From assembly GCA_022780025.1 (NCBI GenBank), contig JALEXS010000031.1, forward strand, positions 2,003 through 66,002: a DNA stretch of 64,000 bases. Reading direction: 5' to 3'. The notes beneath the pieces are model-generated. The model was given only the letters and a program-made list of their open reading frames with translations, was not told the DNA's origin and did not search any database. The DNA comes from Mollicutes bacterium. Its GTDB lineage: Bacteria > Bacillota_I > Bacilli_A > RFN20 > CAG-826. This document shows positions 26,549 to 36,473 of this stretch, piece after piece. Positions within the stretch are counted from its first letter, which is position 1. Every line of letters begins with the position of its first letter. The position numbers were made by a program, and so were the translations under genes.

Positions 26549-28771
26549 TTATATAACTCCTCTGATTGTGTTATTTTCTTTAATTAAATTGTTATTATTA
26601 CCACCATCTCTAACATAATTAAAACCAGAGATATTCCCACTAAAATAAGAAACATTATCTTTAATAGTTACATCATCACCATGATGGACATAGCAAGAAT
26701 AAGTACGACTATTACTATTAAATTCAAAATTATTATGAACATTTATATTACCAACACCATATAAAGCTAAGGTATTGCCAACACTCTTATAGAAGAAATT
26801 ATTATAAACCTCACAATCTTTTAAACTATTATTACTAGCGTTAGATGGACCTTTACTACCATAAGTAAATATTTGAACATCATCCCAACATTTTAAGAAT
26901 TTATTATTAAATATTTTAATATTTTTAGGAACGATAGCTTCTTTAAAAACATCATCAACACCTAATACTTGAATAGCACCCATATTGACATTTAAGAATG
27001 TACAATTACTAATAATAGAATCTCTACCTTGTAATAAAATACCTCTATTTCTTTTATTTTTAATAACACTATTAGTTAAACTAACTTTAGTAGCTTTTGT
27101 AGCATTGCCTAAATTATAACCAGTGTAATTTTTACTACCTCTATTAGGTACTTTTTTATCTAAAGTTAAATCAAAATTAGATCCAATTTTACTAACTTTT
27201 TCAACTTTATAAGTATCTTTATAACTCATATCTTCAGGATTATAAATTTCTACTTCATCACCAACATCAAAACCAATTGCAACTTCAGTTTGAGTTTGAC
27301 TAACAGAAACTACTTTATCTTCAATATTAGTTATTTTTGTATAAAAAGTTTTAACATTAATTGCATCATCATGACTTCCTTCTAGAATGCAATTACTAAA
27401 TTTAGCAACACCTTCTAAATTACAAGTATGCAAAATATCAGCAGTACAAGTAAGTAATCTATTTGTGCCTTCTTCTCTAACAAAATTAACTCTATTTAAA
27501 TAAATATTTTTACCATTATTAGTTCTAAGACCCATACCACCAACAGTATAAGTAGTGATATTTTCCATGAATGTATCGATACAATTTTGATAATAGAAAC
27601 CAAAACTTTCATATACTTGGAATCCAACAGCAACAACAGTTCCTTTTTTAGGAGTAACATATTTACAATATGGGAAATTCTTCTTTAAAGTAACTTTTAA
27701 TAATTTAGTACCACTATCATAAGTTAAATCAGTTAAGCCAGTACTTCCTGCATTATAGAATAAATTACCACTTCTATTAGGAACATAAGCTTGATATTCT
27801 TCATCAAAATAATATTCAGCATAACTTCCAGTTCTCTTTAAATAATATTTTTGATAAGTTTCATTACTTAAATCATATTCTTCATCTGGACTAACATAAA
27901 TATAAGCATAATTTTCATCTTCAGTAGAACTCATTACAGCTCCTGTAATAGTAGGAGATGGATTAATATCAAATGTAATATTATTTAAATGTAAATTAGA
28001 ACATCCATTAGCTTTAATAAAACCAACCCAACCTGTATAAACAAATTTAGTTCCTTCTTCACCAACTAAATAAACATTATTTAAATTATTAGCTAAGATT
28101 GTAGAACTCATATAATAAGTTCCTTTTTCAAATTTAATTATTTTAACACCTTCAACATCAGCTAAACTATTTAATAAAATAGTTAAATTACCTGCATTAT
28201 TATCACCAGTTAAAGTAACATTATAATCTTTAGCATTATATATAGTTCCATCAGTTGGTACTTTATATAATTCTTCATTTTGTAATAATTCTTTATCAAC
28301 ACCAACATTATTTTCTTCACTTAATCCCCATGAAGTTGATGTAGGATATTCATCATGTTTATATTCATCTTTATATAAATTATTTAAATATTCTTTATCA
28401 GCCACAACATTTTTCCTTTCTAAAATTAATAAAGAAATAGTATCTTTATAATTACCATCATTAGTAATTACACTTATTTCAATATTTCCAGTAATTTTAG
28501 GAAATACTGTATTATCTTTTATTTCGCAACTATTAATAGGATTAACTTCAAATCTATAAGATTGATCTTTAGCATCACTAGGATTTATCTCTACATTTAA
28601 GTTTGCTACTTCGTCAATATAAATAGATTCTTTATCACAAGTTAATTTAACACTTTCAACTTTAATAACTTCTTCAATAGGTGGATTATCATTAGTTTTA
28701 TTACCACAAGAAACTAAAGAACCTAGTGTTATTGATAAAAAAGTCTGCAAAACTAATACTTTTTTATTCAT
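26549..28771 (-). CDS. Surface lipoprotein: Big_2 plus right-handed parallel beta-helix (paralogue of 23551..26547)
   Basis: Lipobox LVS|C. Carries SHDDAINVK (27350-27376) and NKRNRGIL (27035-27058). A 25-nt stretch is identical with its paralogue at the NKRNRGIL site. Confidence 0.7.
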   Translation of the reverse strand: MNKKVLVLQTFLSITLGSLVSCGNKTNDNPPIEEVIKVESVKLTCDKESIYIDEVANLNVEINPSDAKDQSYRFEVNPINSCEIKDNTVFPKITGNIEISVITNDGNYKDTISLLILERKNVVADKEYLNNLYKDEYKHDEYPTSTSWGLSEENNVGVDKELLQNEELYKVPTDGTIYNAKDYNVTLTGDNNAGNLTILLNSLADVEGVKIIKFEKGTYYMSSTILANNLNNVYLVGEEGTKFVYTGWVGFIKANGCSNLHLNNITFDINPSPTITGAVMSSTEDENYAYIYVSPDEEYDLSNETYQKYYLKRTGSYAEYYFDEEYQAYVPNRSGNLFYNAGSTGLTDLTYDSGTKLLKVTLKKNFPYCKYVTPKKGTVVAVGFQVYESFGFYYQNCIDTFMENITTYTVGGMGLRTNNGKNIYLNRVNFVREEGTNRLLTCTADILHTCNLEGVAKFSNCILEGSHDDAINVKTFYTKITNIEDKVVSVSQTQTEVAIGFDVGDEVEIYNPEDMSYKDTYKVEKVSKIGSNFDLTLDKKVPNRGSKNYTGYNLGNATKATKVSLTNSVIKNKRNRGILLQGRDSIISNCTFLNVNMGAIQVLGVDDVFKEAIVPKNIKIFNNKFLKCWDDVQIFTYGSKGPSNASNNSLKDCEVYNNFFYKSVGNTLALYGVGNINVHNNFEFNSNSRTYSCYVHHGDDVTIKDNVSYFSGNISGFNYVRDGGNNNNLIKENNTIRGVI

Positions 28772-28773
28772 AT

Positions 28774-30519
28774 TTATTTATACCTCTGAAGCATTGTGTT
28801 ATAGATATCTTCTAATTTATTACCATGAAATTTCTTAATAGTAGATAAATAGCTATTCCAATTACTATCATTATTAATGTCAATATTGCCTTCAATAAAG
28901 CTAGCTTCATAATATGTAATTTGACTATCTAAACTTGCTTTAATTGTAGTAATTTCTTCATATTCTTTACTAGTAAACTTATATTCTTGAGGTTCTGGTG
29001 TCTTTAAATAAGGAGTATAAATTTCAGATTGTTCATTTAATTTAGTAATAACTTTATCATTCATTTTACCTACAAAATCATTACTCCAATATAAAGCACT
29101 AGCACTACCAACATTAGGAGTAATAGTTGCTCTATATTCTTCTTGATTACCAGTAAATGAACTAGGTACATTAAATGTCCAACTTGTATGAGCTTCATCA
29201 TCCCAAGTCCAATCTTCATTTTCTACACCATAAGATATTAATTGAGTTCCAAGTTCGCTATACATAATATCTAATAATCTAGCGACTTCTCTTTTATAAA
29301 TAGACTTAGTAGGAATAGTAGCACCATCAGCTCTAAAATAACCTAAACCTAATTGTTTTAATGGTCCATTATAATAAGATGAAGTTAAAGGACTAACAGT
29401 GACATATTCTTCATCATAAGTATATTTACTACCGTCTTCTTTAAAATTATTAGGATCTTCTTTTTGAGAAGTAATTAAATAAGGAGCAGCAGCAACAAAT
29501 GAACCTAATATTTTACCATTAGCAGCCATTGTGGTATCTGTTTTATTAGCTGAAGTATTTTTATCAATTAATCCAGCATCCCACATACTATTAGCAGTTT
29601 TTAAATATTTCTTATAAGCTTCAGTAATACAAACAAAAGTAAATTTAGAACCATCATCTTCTATTTCCATACCATTAGTTACATAACCATAACTTTGTAA
29701 TATGAAGTTTCTAAAATATTCATATTGCTTACTAGAAACTGGAATTTCATTATCACTACGACCATCATTATTAGCATCATAATTTTTAAAATCAGTTAAA
29801 ATACCAACGTAATCATCGATAGTTTTTATCTTACTAGCATCATCAATATTATGAGTTTTAGCATAACTTTTTGGATATCCATTATAAACATTTTTAATCC
29901 AAACATTATTAATAAACATCTTATAGGTTAAGTCTCTAGCTACATCTTTAGCACTTAAAGAACAATACATTAGCCCATTAGATAAAGTAGCAGTTTTCTT
30001 AGCATCTTCTTTAGATCTATCAATATTGAAATTATTATCTAATAATTTCTTATAATTAGGCATATAGTTATCAATTAATGAACCTACTTCACCAGTAGAA
30101 TCTTTATAACCTGCTTTATTAAAAGGAGTTAATGCATCAAAATTATTTTCAGCATATTGAACTTGTTCAGCTATAGGATTATTAAATAAGAATAAATCGG
30201 GTGTATTTTTAGGATTAGACCAAACAGCAGCACGTTGATTGTTATAAGCACTAGTATCTGGAGTAGTAAATCTAAAATTAATATTAGTAATCTTACTTAA
30301 ATATTTAAACATCTTTTGATCTTTATATTCAGGATTACCACTACTTTTTGGTGCAAATATATGAATAGTAATTGGTTCTTTTACTATTTGATAAGGATTT
30401 TCACTAGTTCCATTAGGTAAAAAATTATCTAAATTATAATCAACAGTTTTATTACCACAACTAACTAAACAACCACCAATTAATGTAAATAACGATAAAA
30501 ATAAAGTGCTCTTTCTCAT
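28774..30519 (-). CDS. ABC transporter extracellular solute-binding lipoprotein, large LplA-type
   Basis: The track ORF extends to 30597. The ATG at 30519 (MRKSTLFLSLFTLIGGCLVS|CGNK) has an AGGAGG RBS and removes the overlap with the permease gene. About 580 aa, directly downstream of LplB/LplC-type permeases. Confidence 0.8.
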   Translation of the reverse strand: MRKSTLFLSLFTLIGGCLVSCGNKTVDYNLDNFLPNGTSENPYQIVKEPITIHIFAPKSSGNPEYKDQKMFKYLSKITNINFRFTTPDTSAYNNQRAAVWSNPKNTPDLFLFNNPIAEQVQYAENNFDALTPFNKAGYKDSTGEVGSLIDNYMPNYKKLLDNNFNIDRSKEDAKKTATLSNGLMYCSLSAKDVARDLTYKMFINNVWIKNVYNGYPKSYAKTHNIDDASKIKTIDDYVGILTDFKNYDANNDGRSDNEIPVSSKQYEYFRNFILQSYGYVTNGMEIEDDGSKFTFVCITEAYKKYLKTANSMWDAGLIDKNTSANKTDTTMAANGKILGSFVAAAPYLITSQKEDPNNFKEDGSKYTYDEEYVTVSPLTSSYYNGPLKQLGLGYFRADGATIPTKSIYKREVARLLDIMYSELGTQLISYGVENEDWTWDDEAHTSWTFNVPSSFTGNQEEYRATITPNVGSASALYWSNDFVGKMNDKVITKLNEQSEIYTPYLKTPEPQEYKFTSKEYEEITTIKASLDSQITYYEASFIEGNIDINNDSNWNSYLSTIKKFHGNKLEDIYNTMLQRYK

Positions 30520-30529
30520 AAATACCTCC

Positions 30530-31399
30530 TTAGCCTTTAACTCCTCCCATAACAACACCTTTTTCAAAGTATTTTTGGAAGAATGGATATATAACAAGTA
30601 ATGGAAGAGAACTAATTACAATAGTGACATATTTTAATTGTTCAGCTTTATTAGGATCTCCATTACCTAATGATGAATTATTTGAAACTAACATATCTTG
30701 TAATACTCTTTGAAGTGGATATAAATTAGTTGATTGAACATAAAGTAAGGAATTAAAATAACTATTCCAATAACCAACAATTGCATATAAAACCATAACA
30801 AAGATAATAGGTCTACAAAGTGGTAATATAATCTTTAAGAATATTTGGAAATCACCACATCCATCAATTCGAGCAGCTTCTTGTAATTCACCTGGAATTG
30901 ATGTCGACATATAAGTTCTAATAACAATAATATTAAATACACTAACACAACCTGGAATAATAATAGCCCACATTGTATCGAGCATATTTAAATTTGAAAT
31001 TAATAAATAAGTAGGTATCATACCACCACTTATAAACATAGTTAAAGTTAAGAAAATATTTAAAAATCTTCTACCTTTAAAATCTTTTCTACTAAGAGGA
31101 TAAGCACATAACATTTGAAGACTTACTTGAATAACAGTTCCTAAGAATGTATAAAGTAAAGAATTTAAAAATCCTCTCATTAAACTTTCTTCTTTAAAAA
31201 TATCTTTATAACCATCTAAAGTAAAACCAACTGGAATTAGTCCTACTTCTCCTGCAACTACACTATCAGGACTAGAAAAGCTACAAGCTAAAACATTAAT
31301 TAATGGAATTAAGAAAAGTAAAGCAATTAATAACATAATAACTGTTATTACTACATCAAATACTTTATCTCTATTAATTCTTCTACTAAACCTTACCAT
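30530..31399 (-). CDS. Carbohydrate ABC transporter permease (LplC/YtcP-like)
   Basis: Six TM segments with the EAA loop LQEAARIDGCGDFQIFLKIILP. Confidence 0.85.
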   Translation of the reverse strand: MVRFSRRINRDKVFDVVITVIMLLIALLFLIPLINVLACSFSSPDSVVAGEVGLIPVGFTLDGYKDIFKEESLMRGFLNSLLYTFLGTVIQVSLQMLCAYPLSRKDFKGRRFLNIFLTLTMFISGGMIPTYLLISNLNMLDTMWAIIIPGCVSVFNIIVIRTYMSTSIPGELQEAARIDGCGDFQIFLKIILPLCRPIIFVMVLYAIVGYWNSYFNSLLYVQSTNLYPLQRVLQDMLVSNNSSLGNGDPNKAEQLKYVTIVISSLPLLVIYPFFQKYFEKGVVMGGVKG

Positions 31400-32376
31400 A
31401 ATGAATTATCACTCACTTTCTTTGAAATAAAGTTTGCACTTACTAAAATAATGATATTAATAACACTATTAAATAAGCCAATTGCAGTAGCATAACTATA
31501 TTGAGGAATTCCACCATAAGTAGGGAACGAGACTCTGTAAACATAAGTAGAAATAATTTCACTACTAACACTATTTCCAGCAGTATACATTAAATAAACT
31601 TTTTCAAAGCCAACATTAAGAATATTACCAATAGACATAATTAACATAATGATTGCTAAAGGAACAATTGAAGGGAAATTAACTGCAAATATTCTTCTAA
31701 ATCTACCAGCACCATCAATTTTTGCTGCATCATGAAGATTAGGATCAACATTTGCTAAACTGCCCATATAAACAATTGACCACCATCCTAAACCTTGCCA
31801 TAATCCACTAATAACATAGATTGAAGCAAAAGCTTTTGGATTAGTCATTGCACTAGTTGAATCAAATCCAAGGCTAACTAACATTTTAGTTAATACACCG
31901 GTATCAGCTCTAAATAAAATGAATAATATACCAACTAAAACAACAGTAGAAATAAAATAAGGTGCATACATTATTATTTGAACTGTCTTTTTAGCCCATT
32001 TATATTTAACTTCATTTAAAAATAAAGCATATATAATAGGTAGGGTTGAATTGAATATAATACTTAAAATACTTAAAACTAATGTATTTTTAACTAATGT
32101 CCAGAAGTTTGGTGAAGTAACGAATGTATAAAAATATTTAAATCCATTCATACTAGTCCAAGGACTTCCCCATATACCTTGAATTGCATTATAATCTTTA
32201 AAAGAAATAATAAGACCTTCTAATGGCATATAATGGAATACAAAGATATATATTATTGTTGGTAAAGCCATTAAAAATAGAGTTAATCCCCATTTAGACC
32301 AAAGGCTTCTTGGTTTAGGTTTTCTGATTAATTCTTCTTTTGAAAAGTTGAACTCTTTTTCTTTAATATTTGTCAT
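31393..32376 (-). CDS. Carbohydrate ABC transporter permease (LplB/YteP-like)
   Basis: TM-rich, with the EAA loop LHDAAKIDGAGRFRRIFAVNFP. First gene of the 24-kb minus-strand gene run. Confidence 0.85.
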   Translation of the reverse strand: MTNIKEKEFNFSKEELIRKPKPRSLWSKWGLTLFLMALPTIIYIFVFHYMPLEGLIISFKDYNAIQGIWGSPWTSMNGFKYFYTFVTSPNFWTLVKNTLVLSILSIIFNSTLPIIYALFLNEVKYKWAKKTVQIIMYAPYFISTVVLVGILFILFRADTGVLTKMLVSLGFDSTSAMTNPKAFASIYVISGLWQGLGWWSIVYMGSLANVDPNLHDAAKIDGAGRFRRIFAVNFPSIVPLAIIMLIMSIGNILNVGFEKVYLMYTAGNSVSSEIISTYVYRVSFPTYGGIPQYSYATAIGLFNSVINIIILVSANFISKKVSDNSLW

Positions 32377-32383
32377 AACTACC

Positions 32384-32397
32384 TGTAAGCGCTTTCA
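32384..32397. promoter_or_regulatory. Catabolite-responsive element (cre, CcpA-type operator)
   Basis: TGTAAGCGCTTTCA matches the cre consensus TGWAANCGNTNWCA at all 14 positions. It lies 8 nt upstream of the ATG of the first PUL gene (32376, minus), next to a TATAAT on that strand. Confidence 0.65.
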
Positions 32398-32481
32398 TTA
32401 TAATAATTCTATTATTCTATGAGAATAAATAATCTAATATAAAATATATACTTTTTTGACATTTTGTTTTATTATATAAAT

Positions 32482-33354
32482 ATGAAAATTGATCAAAAAA
32501 ACGAAGTTTTTACTAAAGACGTGTATTATAGCTATTTATCTAATTCAATTGATTTTTCAATAAATCCTCTTGTTGTAGGCTTTGAAAAATGTCGACCAAC
32601 AAAGCAAGAAATTGTCTCAAATAAAACGTGCTATATCATTCACTATGTATTAAGTGGTGAAGGAACTTTAACCTTCAAAGATAAGAACTATAATATTACT
32701 AAAAATAATTTATTTATATTACCTCCACATTCTAATGCTTCTTATAAGCAAAATAGAAACAACCCATGGAGCTATATTTGGATTGAACTTAACGGTATAT
32801 CTATGAAATCTTTCCTAGATAAAATACAATTTGATACTGACAACTTCTTGTATCACGATAATGATAAATTATATTTAAAAAATTGTCTAATAAATATGAT
32901 TCTTGATGATGATAAAGCCACTCAAAAAAGCGAATACTACGTTATTCTCGGTTATATTTTTAAAATTTTTTCTTTTTTAATAAAATATTATCCTAAAGAA
33001 GTTGAGAATTATTCTTCAAAACAAGAGATAGTAGTTCATAAAATTTGTGAGTATTTAGATAGAAAATTTGATGATCCAAATATCAATTTAGATGAGATAG
33101 CAAAAAAGTTTTATTTCACTCAATCTTATTTAACTAGATTATTTAAAAAAGAAATGGGAATTACTCCAATTCAATATATTGATGAATTAAGAATGAAAAA
33201 AGCAATTGAATTATTAAGCCATAAAACTTTTACAATTGAACAAATTGCAGAGACTTTAGGATATAGTAATCAATTTTATTTTACTAAAAGATTTAAAAAA
33301 TATTATGGTATGCCACCGTCAAAATATAAACAAAAAAATCTAGTAGATTTATAA
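32482..33354 (+). CDS. AraC-family transcriptional regulator (cupin sensor plus HTH)
   Basis: The track start at 32464 is a TTG; the first ATG is at 32482 (MKIDQKN...). The C-terminal HTH reads SYLTRLFKKEMGITPIQYIDELRMKKAIELL...YSNQFYFTKRFKKYYGMPPSKYK. Divergent from the PUL. Confidence 0.85.
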   Translation: MKIDQKNEVFTKDVYYSYLSNSIDFSINPLVVGFEKCRPTKQEIVSNKTCYIIHYVLSGEGTLTFKDKNYNITKNNLFILPPHSNASYKQNRNNPWSYIWIELNGISMKSFLDKIQFDTDNFLYHDNDKLYLKNCLINMILDDDKATQKSEYYVILGYIFKIFSFLIKYYPKEVENYSSKQEIVVHKICEYLDRKFDDPNINLDEIAKKFYFTQSYLTRLFKKEMGITPIQYIDELRMKKAIELLSHKTFTIEQIAETLGYSNQFYFTKRFKKYYGMPPSKYKQKNLVDL

Positions 33355-33357
33355 ATT

Positions 33358-34737
33358 TTACTCTTTTTTATCTTCTTTTGTTTCTTCGTCTTTTATATCA
33401 TTTATTGCTTTTTCTCTTTCAGTATTATTAAAGCTAGATGAATCAAAATAAGGTTTATCTTCAATAATTATAGTTTTAGTTTCTTCTTTTGTTTCTTCTT
33501 TAATAACAACTGGCTCTTGATAATGATCTAAATCAATAATTTTAGTTTTACTAGATAATTCAGTTAATGTTTGTTTATTTTTATTAGATATTAATAAGAA
33601 TAAATTAATAATAGGTATTATTAAAAATAAAGTAGATATATTAAATAAAGATAAATTAAAATTACCTACACTAAATATAGGGAATAACCATCCTGAATTA
33701 ACTCCACTAGCAAAGAAATTAGATATAACCATAATAGGAAAATAAGATATAAATAATAAGATACTTCTTATTATTATTTCTTTTTTACTAACATCAAGTC
33801 CTTCTTGATTAATAACATATCCTTTAAATAATTTTAGTCCAACAGTTCGACCATTTTTAATAAATATAATAGGTAAAACAATACCTAGAATAAATGTAAT
33901 TATATAGATTAAAATACTACTAACATCAATTGTAATAGCACATTCTCTATATAATTTCATATAAGGTTTATAATTAGTTTGATATCGATCACTTTTAAAT
34001 AATAAAGTAGCTGCTTCATTAAACACTTCTTTATATTGACTAGCTAAATAATTATAAGATTTAAGACCTTCATCTCCCCCATCATTATTAATAATATACA
34101 TTAGTAAAGTATGAGCATAATCAAGTTTTAAACTAGGAAGTAAACTGTCATCACCTTCATAATAATTCCATTCAGCACCTAAAGAATGATTCTTTAATAC
34201 CTTTTTATAATTACTAACATAAGTATCTCCACTAGCTAAAGTTAAAATATTATTATTTTCATTATATTTTTTAGCATATGTTGTATAAAAAGTAGCTAAA
34301 TAATCATTACTAAAACTTGCACTAGTTACATTATATTTATCTTTATATTCATAAGGATTATCTTCTTTAGCAATAAATTTTTTATCCCATTCAGTCTTAT
34401 TTAAATCATAAGTATACATAATGTTACTTATAGCATAACGAATAAATAAATCTTCTTGTTCTATAGGAGTTTCATAATTTTTAATTCCATTATTATCTAC
34501 TTTATATTCATACAATTTAGCTTCTTCACATATTTCATACATATTTATACGATATTGATCAATATCATGTATCTTTTTTTGATAAGATGGAATATTTTGA
34601 ATAATAGCATTACTAGCAAATAATAAGCATATTGAAATAAGAACAAGAATTAATCCATCAATTAAAGAAGCAAATATTCTTTTTGATGTAAATAATAATC
34701 CTTGATTACGATATTTTGAGATAAATGATTTTTCCAT
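33358..34737 (-). CDS. RDD-family membrane protein with a large extracytoplasmic loop and acidic C-terminal tail
   Basis: An RDD-like N-terminus (KRIFASLIDGLILVL) is followed by a TM segment, an about 230-aa hydrophilic loop, 3-4 further TM segments and a K/E-rich tail. Last gene of the rhaA-rhaD-ATPase operon. Confidence 0.55.
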   Translation of the reverse strand: MEKSFISKYRNQGLLFTSKRIFASLIDGLILVLISICLLFASNAIIQNIPSYQKKIHDIDQYRINMYEICEEAKLYEYKVDNNGIKNYETPIEQEDLFIRYAISNIMYTYDLNKTEWDKKFIAKEDNPYEYKDKYNVTSASFSNDYLATFYTTYAKKYNENNNILTLASGDTYVSNYKKVLKNHSLGAEWNYYEGDDSLLPSLKLDYAHTLLMYIINNDGGDEGLKSYNYLASQYKEVFNEAATLLFKSDRYQTNYKPYMKLYRECAITIDVSSILIYIITFILGIVLPIIFIKNGRTVGLKLFKGYVINQEGLDVSKKEIIIRSILLFISYFPIMVISNFFASGVNSGWLFPIFSVGNFNLSLFNISTLFLIIPIINLFLLISNKNKQTLTELSSKTKIIDLDHYQEPVVIKEETKEETKTIIIEDKPYFDSSSFNNTEREKAINDIKDEETKEDKKE

Positions 34738-34745
34738 TAATTAAA

Positions 34746-36464
34746 CTACAATATAATTTTAGTAGAAACTGCATCAAATATATGAGCTTTAGATAAATCT
34801 AATACTAATTTTATATTCTCCTCTTGATTAATAATACGTTTTGCTGCAATTTTTGCAACTAAATCTTCATCATCAAAATCAACGTGGACAAAATATTCAT
34901 GACCTAAAAGTTCTGCAACATTTACTTTACCATCAATAACTTCAGATAATTTACCATCAGTAAATGCTTTATTTTCTTCATAAATATCTTCAGGTCTAAT
35001 GCCAAATACAACATCAAATTTATTATTTTTAATAAATTCTTCATATTTAATAATAGCATCTTTTAAGAAAGATAATCTTTCATTAGATTTAGTAACATGT
35101 TCTAATTCATGTTCTATTTTTTCGATATCTAATTTATTTTTATCATTATTTTCTAATGTTTTAAGATGATTAATCTTTTCAATTAATAAATTTCTTTCTA
35201 CAAAATTAGCTAATAATTCTTCTTTTTCTTTCTTATAACTTTCTAATTCAGTTTTATAGAATGATAAAGTCTTTTCTTTAGCTTCTTTTCCTAAATTAAT
35301 TTCATAATTATTATCAAATTTAATAATTCCATCACTGATTTTACCTTTTAATAAATTCATAGCAGGACTACCAATAAATGTAGCAACAAATAAATTAGCT
35401 GGATGATTATAAATTTCAATTGGAGCACCAATTTGTTGAATATAACCTTTAGACATAACTACGATTCTAGTAGCCATTGTCATAGCTTCAGTTTGATCGT
35501 GAGTAACGTAAATTGTAGTCGCTTTTAATTGATTATGAAGTCTAATAATTTCGCTTCTCATTTGAACACGTAATTTAGCATCAAGATTACTTAAAGGTTC
35601 ATCCATTAAAAATACTTTTGCATTTCTAACAATTGCTCTTCCTAAAGCAACTCTTTGACATTGTCCACCACTAAGAGCTTTCGGTTTTCTATCTAAATAT
35701 TCTCTAATTTGTAATATATCAGCAGCATTTAAAACTCTTTCTCTAATTACTTCTTTTGGTAAATGTTTATTTTTATAAACATCAACTGGAGTAACTTTTA
35801 AATATTCAATTTTTGCCTTTATTTCTTCTAAATCCTTGTCAATCTCAGGTATTTTTTCAGATTCTGAGGTTTTACAATCTTCTTTAAATAATAATAAATT
35901 CTTATATTCTCTTTCTAAATCTTTAATTAAACCTTTATTAATCGCTTGTAAAGGTTTGCCTTCTTTATCATATTGTAAGGTTGGAACTTTTCTAATTCTT
36001 AAACCAAATGACATGTTTCCACTGACACTCATATGTGGATAAAGAGCATAGCTTTGAAAGACCATAGCAATATCTCTATTTTTTGGTTCTAAGTCATTAG
36101 CATATACTCCATCAATATATAAATCACCAGCAGTGATATTTTCTAAACCAGCAATCATTCTTAAAGTTGTAGATTTGCCACAACCAGATGGGCCAACAAA
36201 TACAATAAATTCATGTTTTTTAATTTCTAAATTAAAATCATAAACTGCTTGAACATGATTATCATATATTTTATTGATATGTTGTAAGGAAATAAAACTT
36301 CCTTTTGGAGCAATTTTTCTTTCTCTTTTATGTTTCTTTTCATAAGCGTTCATAGCATTATGAACTCTTATACGTTGTTCTTCTAAAGCTTTTGCTTTAA
36401 TTTTTTCATCTTTCTTTTGTTCCTTAATTTTATTAAGTTCTTCTTTCCTTAAATCTTTATCCAT
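34746..36464 (-). CDS. MsmX/MalK/UgpC-type sugar ABC transporter ATPase with N-terminal extension and two coiled-coil-like insertions
   Basis: Has Walker [11 protein letters not shown]-loop [10 protein letters not shown], signature LSGGQCQR, Walker [10 protein letters not shown] and H-loop VTHDQ. The extras are a K/E-rich 55-aa N-terminus, an about 75-aa insert after FGLRIRKVP (about 35760-35984) and an about 85-aa insert in the C-terminal regulatory domain. Confidence 0.9.
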   Translation of the reverse strand: MDKDLRKEELNKIKEQKKDEKIKAKALEEQRIRVHNAMNAYEKKHKRERKIAPKGSFISLQHINKIYDNHVQAVYDFNLEIKKHEFIVFVGPSGCGKSTTLRMIAGLENITAGDLYIDGVYANDLEPKNRDIAMVFQSYALYPHMSVSGNMSFGLRIRKVPTLQYDKEGKPLQAINKGLIKDLEREYKNLLLFKEDCKTSESEKIPEIDKDLEEIKAKIEYLKVTPVDVYKNKHLPKEVIRERVLNAADILQIREYLDRKPKALSGGQCQRVALGRAIVRNAKVFLMDEPLSNLDAKLRVQMRSEIIRLHNQLKATTIYVTHDQTEAMTMATRIVVMSKGYIQQIGAPIEIYNHPANLFVATFIGSPAMNLLKGKISDGIIKFDNNYEINLGKEAKEKTLSFYKTELESYKKEKEELLANFVERNLLIEKINHLKTLENNDKNKLDIEKIEHELEHVTKSNERLSFLKDAIIKYEEFIKNNKFDVVFGIRPEDIYEENKAFTDGKLSEVIDGKVNVAELLGHEYFVHVDFDDEDLVAKIAAKRIINQEENIKLVLDLSKAHIFDAVSTKIIL

Positions 36465-36473
36465 AAAAAACTC

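Noticed and set aside
28774-30597. Long form of the SBP ORF, starting at 30597
   Set aside because: It would overlap the permease gene by 68 nt and add 26 non-signal-peptide residues. The internal ATG at 30519 has an AGGAGG RBS and gives a textbook lipoprotein signal peptide.
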